DNA from: a virus
Taxonomy: Duplodnaviria; Heunggongvirae; Uroviricota; Caudoviricetes
Virus record (IMG/VR): IMGVR_UViG_3300001765_000263
Coordinates: 64,001 to 81,707 of that record
Length of the DNA: 17,707 nt
Reading direction: 5' to 3' (one strand)
Position numbers and translations under genes: made by a program. Shown piece after piece: positions 16,876 to 17,707 of this stretch (position 1 is its first letter; the number at the start of each line of letters is the position of its first letter). The notes beneath the pieces are model-generated. The model had not been told where the DNA came from. It saw only the letters and a program-made list of their open reading frames with translations, and did no database searches.

Positions 16876-16883
16876 TATAAATA
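16876..16883 (+). promoter_or_regulatory. T4-type late promoter TATAAATA for gp22
   Basis: Exact consensus in the gp21-gp22 gap, followed by an AAGGAG RBS and the ATG at 16912. Confidence 0.8.
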
Positions 16884-16911
16884 TTATCAAAGATAAACAA
16901 GGAGTCACAAC

Positions 16912-17707
16912 ATGACCTTAGAACAACGTATTAAAGCACTGATGGAAGCGCAGCAAGACAGTGGCGAACTTTTGTCAGAAGAATCCATCGAAGAATTATC
17001 AGAGAAGAAAAAGGAAACCATTGAAACCCCAGGTGGTTCAACTATCACTGATGAAGATGACGGCAAGGATGGCGACACAGAGGAAGAAATGAAAGAACCT
17101 TCTGATGATGAAGATCATTCTGAACCCGATGGTGACGAAGATGGCGAAGACGACGACAATGACGGTGACGGCAAAACCGATTACTTCAAAGACAGTGGCA
17201 AAGAAGGTGACAAGAATAAAGCCGAAGTTAAAGAAGGCACAGACCCATTTGGTAAGTTAGTTGCTAATGGTGGTGATTCTTCTGGTGATGCTGGCAAGAC
17301 TTCAAAACTTAAAGTCGGTCTCTCACGTAAAGAAGGTGCTGCTGGTAAATTACCTGCACCACCAACATCAGGATCACAAGATGACAATGGCGACAATGCT
17401 CGTTTGAAGTCGGGTCTTGGTAAGAAAGAATCTGGTGGCAAGGTTGCTAATGGTGGTCCTTCAGCAGGTGGTTCAGAGAATCCTGATTCATCACGCAACA
17501 ATGCAGGTACAGATTTACAAAAAGGTGCAGACAAGAATCCAGTTGGTGTTAAGGAACACATGGAAGCATTGTTTAATGGTGAAGAACTTTCAGAAGAGTT
17601 CCAATCCAAAGCAGCAACAATTTTTGAAGCAGCAGTTGAATCAGTTGCAGCAGCAAGAATTGAAGCACTAGAAGAAGAATATGCTCAAGAAGTTATCAAA
17701 CTTCAAG
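16912..17707 (+). CDS. gp22: Prohead core scaffold protein, T4 gp22 homolog (3'-truncated; absent from the ORF track)
   Basis: I translated it manually: open from ATG 16912 (MTLEQRIKALMEAQQ...) to the window end without a stop. It contains EHMEALFNGEELSEEFQSKAATIFEAAV, characteristic of gp22 in aquatic T4-like phages, and follows gp21. Confidence 0.92.
   Translation, partial: MTLEQRIKALMEAQQDSGELLSEESIEELSEKKKETIETPGGSTITDEDDGKDGDTEEEMKEPSDDEDHSEPDGDEDGEDDDNDGDGKTDYFKDSGKEGDKNKAEVKEGTDPFGKLVANGGDSSGDAGKTSKLKVGLSRKEGAAGKLPAPPTSGSQDDNGDNARLKSGLGKKESGGKVANGGPSAGGSENPDSSRNNAGTDLQKGADKNPVGVKEHMEALFNGEELSEEFQSKAATIFEAAVESVAAARIEALEEEYAQEVIKLQ

Noticed and set aside
434-17609. All - strand ORFs in the track (e.g. 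6503-6937, 12676-13065, 17181-17609)
   Set aside because: They lie antisense to well-supported + strand genes and have no recognisable motifs; they are shadow ORFs.
2425-17671. Alternative-frame + strand ORFs (2425-2658, 13869-14117, 15096-15287, 15828-16016, 17417-17671)
   Set aside because: They are nested out of frame in real genes. 17417-17671 lies within gp22, whose true frame starts at 16912.
1-17707. Stop-codon reassignment, introns or inteins, tRNA genes
   Set aside because: Genes are full length under the standard code with TAA, TGA and TAG all used as stops, core genes show no intein-sized or intron-type interruptions, and the intergenic gaps show no tRNA-like sequence.

Overview
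This window comes from a large, AT-rich T4-like myovirus, and every supported gene is on the + strand. Bases 2-8161 form a gap-free cassette of 11 glycan-type modification genes: 7 glycosyltransferase-like genes (including three paralog pairs), 3 SAM methyltransferases and 1 degenerate 2OG-Fe(II) oxygenase-like gene. A late-promoter motif (TATAAATA) then opens the virion module: a small hypothetical gene, a 601-aa tail-fiber-like protein, tail sheath gp18, tail tube gp19, portal gp20, two tandem-duplicated small prohead-core-like genes, a 181-aa beta-rich protein, prohead protease gp21 and the 5' part of scaffold gp22. The ORF track misses gp22 because it runs off the window. The main leads are (i) a candidate virion-protein glycosylation/methylation system next to the structural genes, (ii) a Thr-rich beta module shared by three virion proteins and nested inside itself in the sheath, (iii) extremely Trp/Tyr-rich loops at the fiber tip, and (iv) a duplicated core gene that gained a very basic tail behind a candidate protease site. 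All family calls are from motifs recognised by eye; no database search was run.
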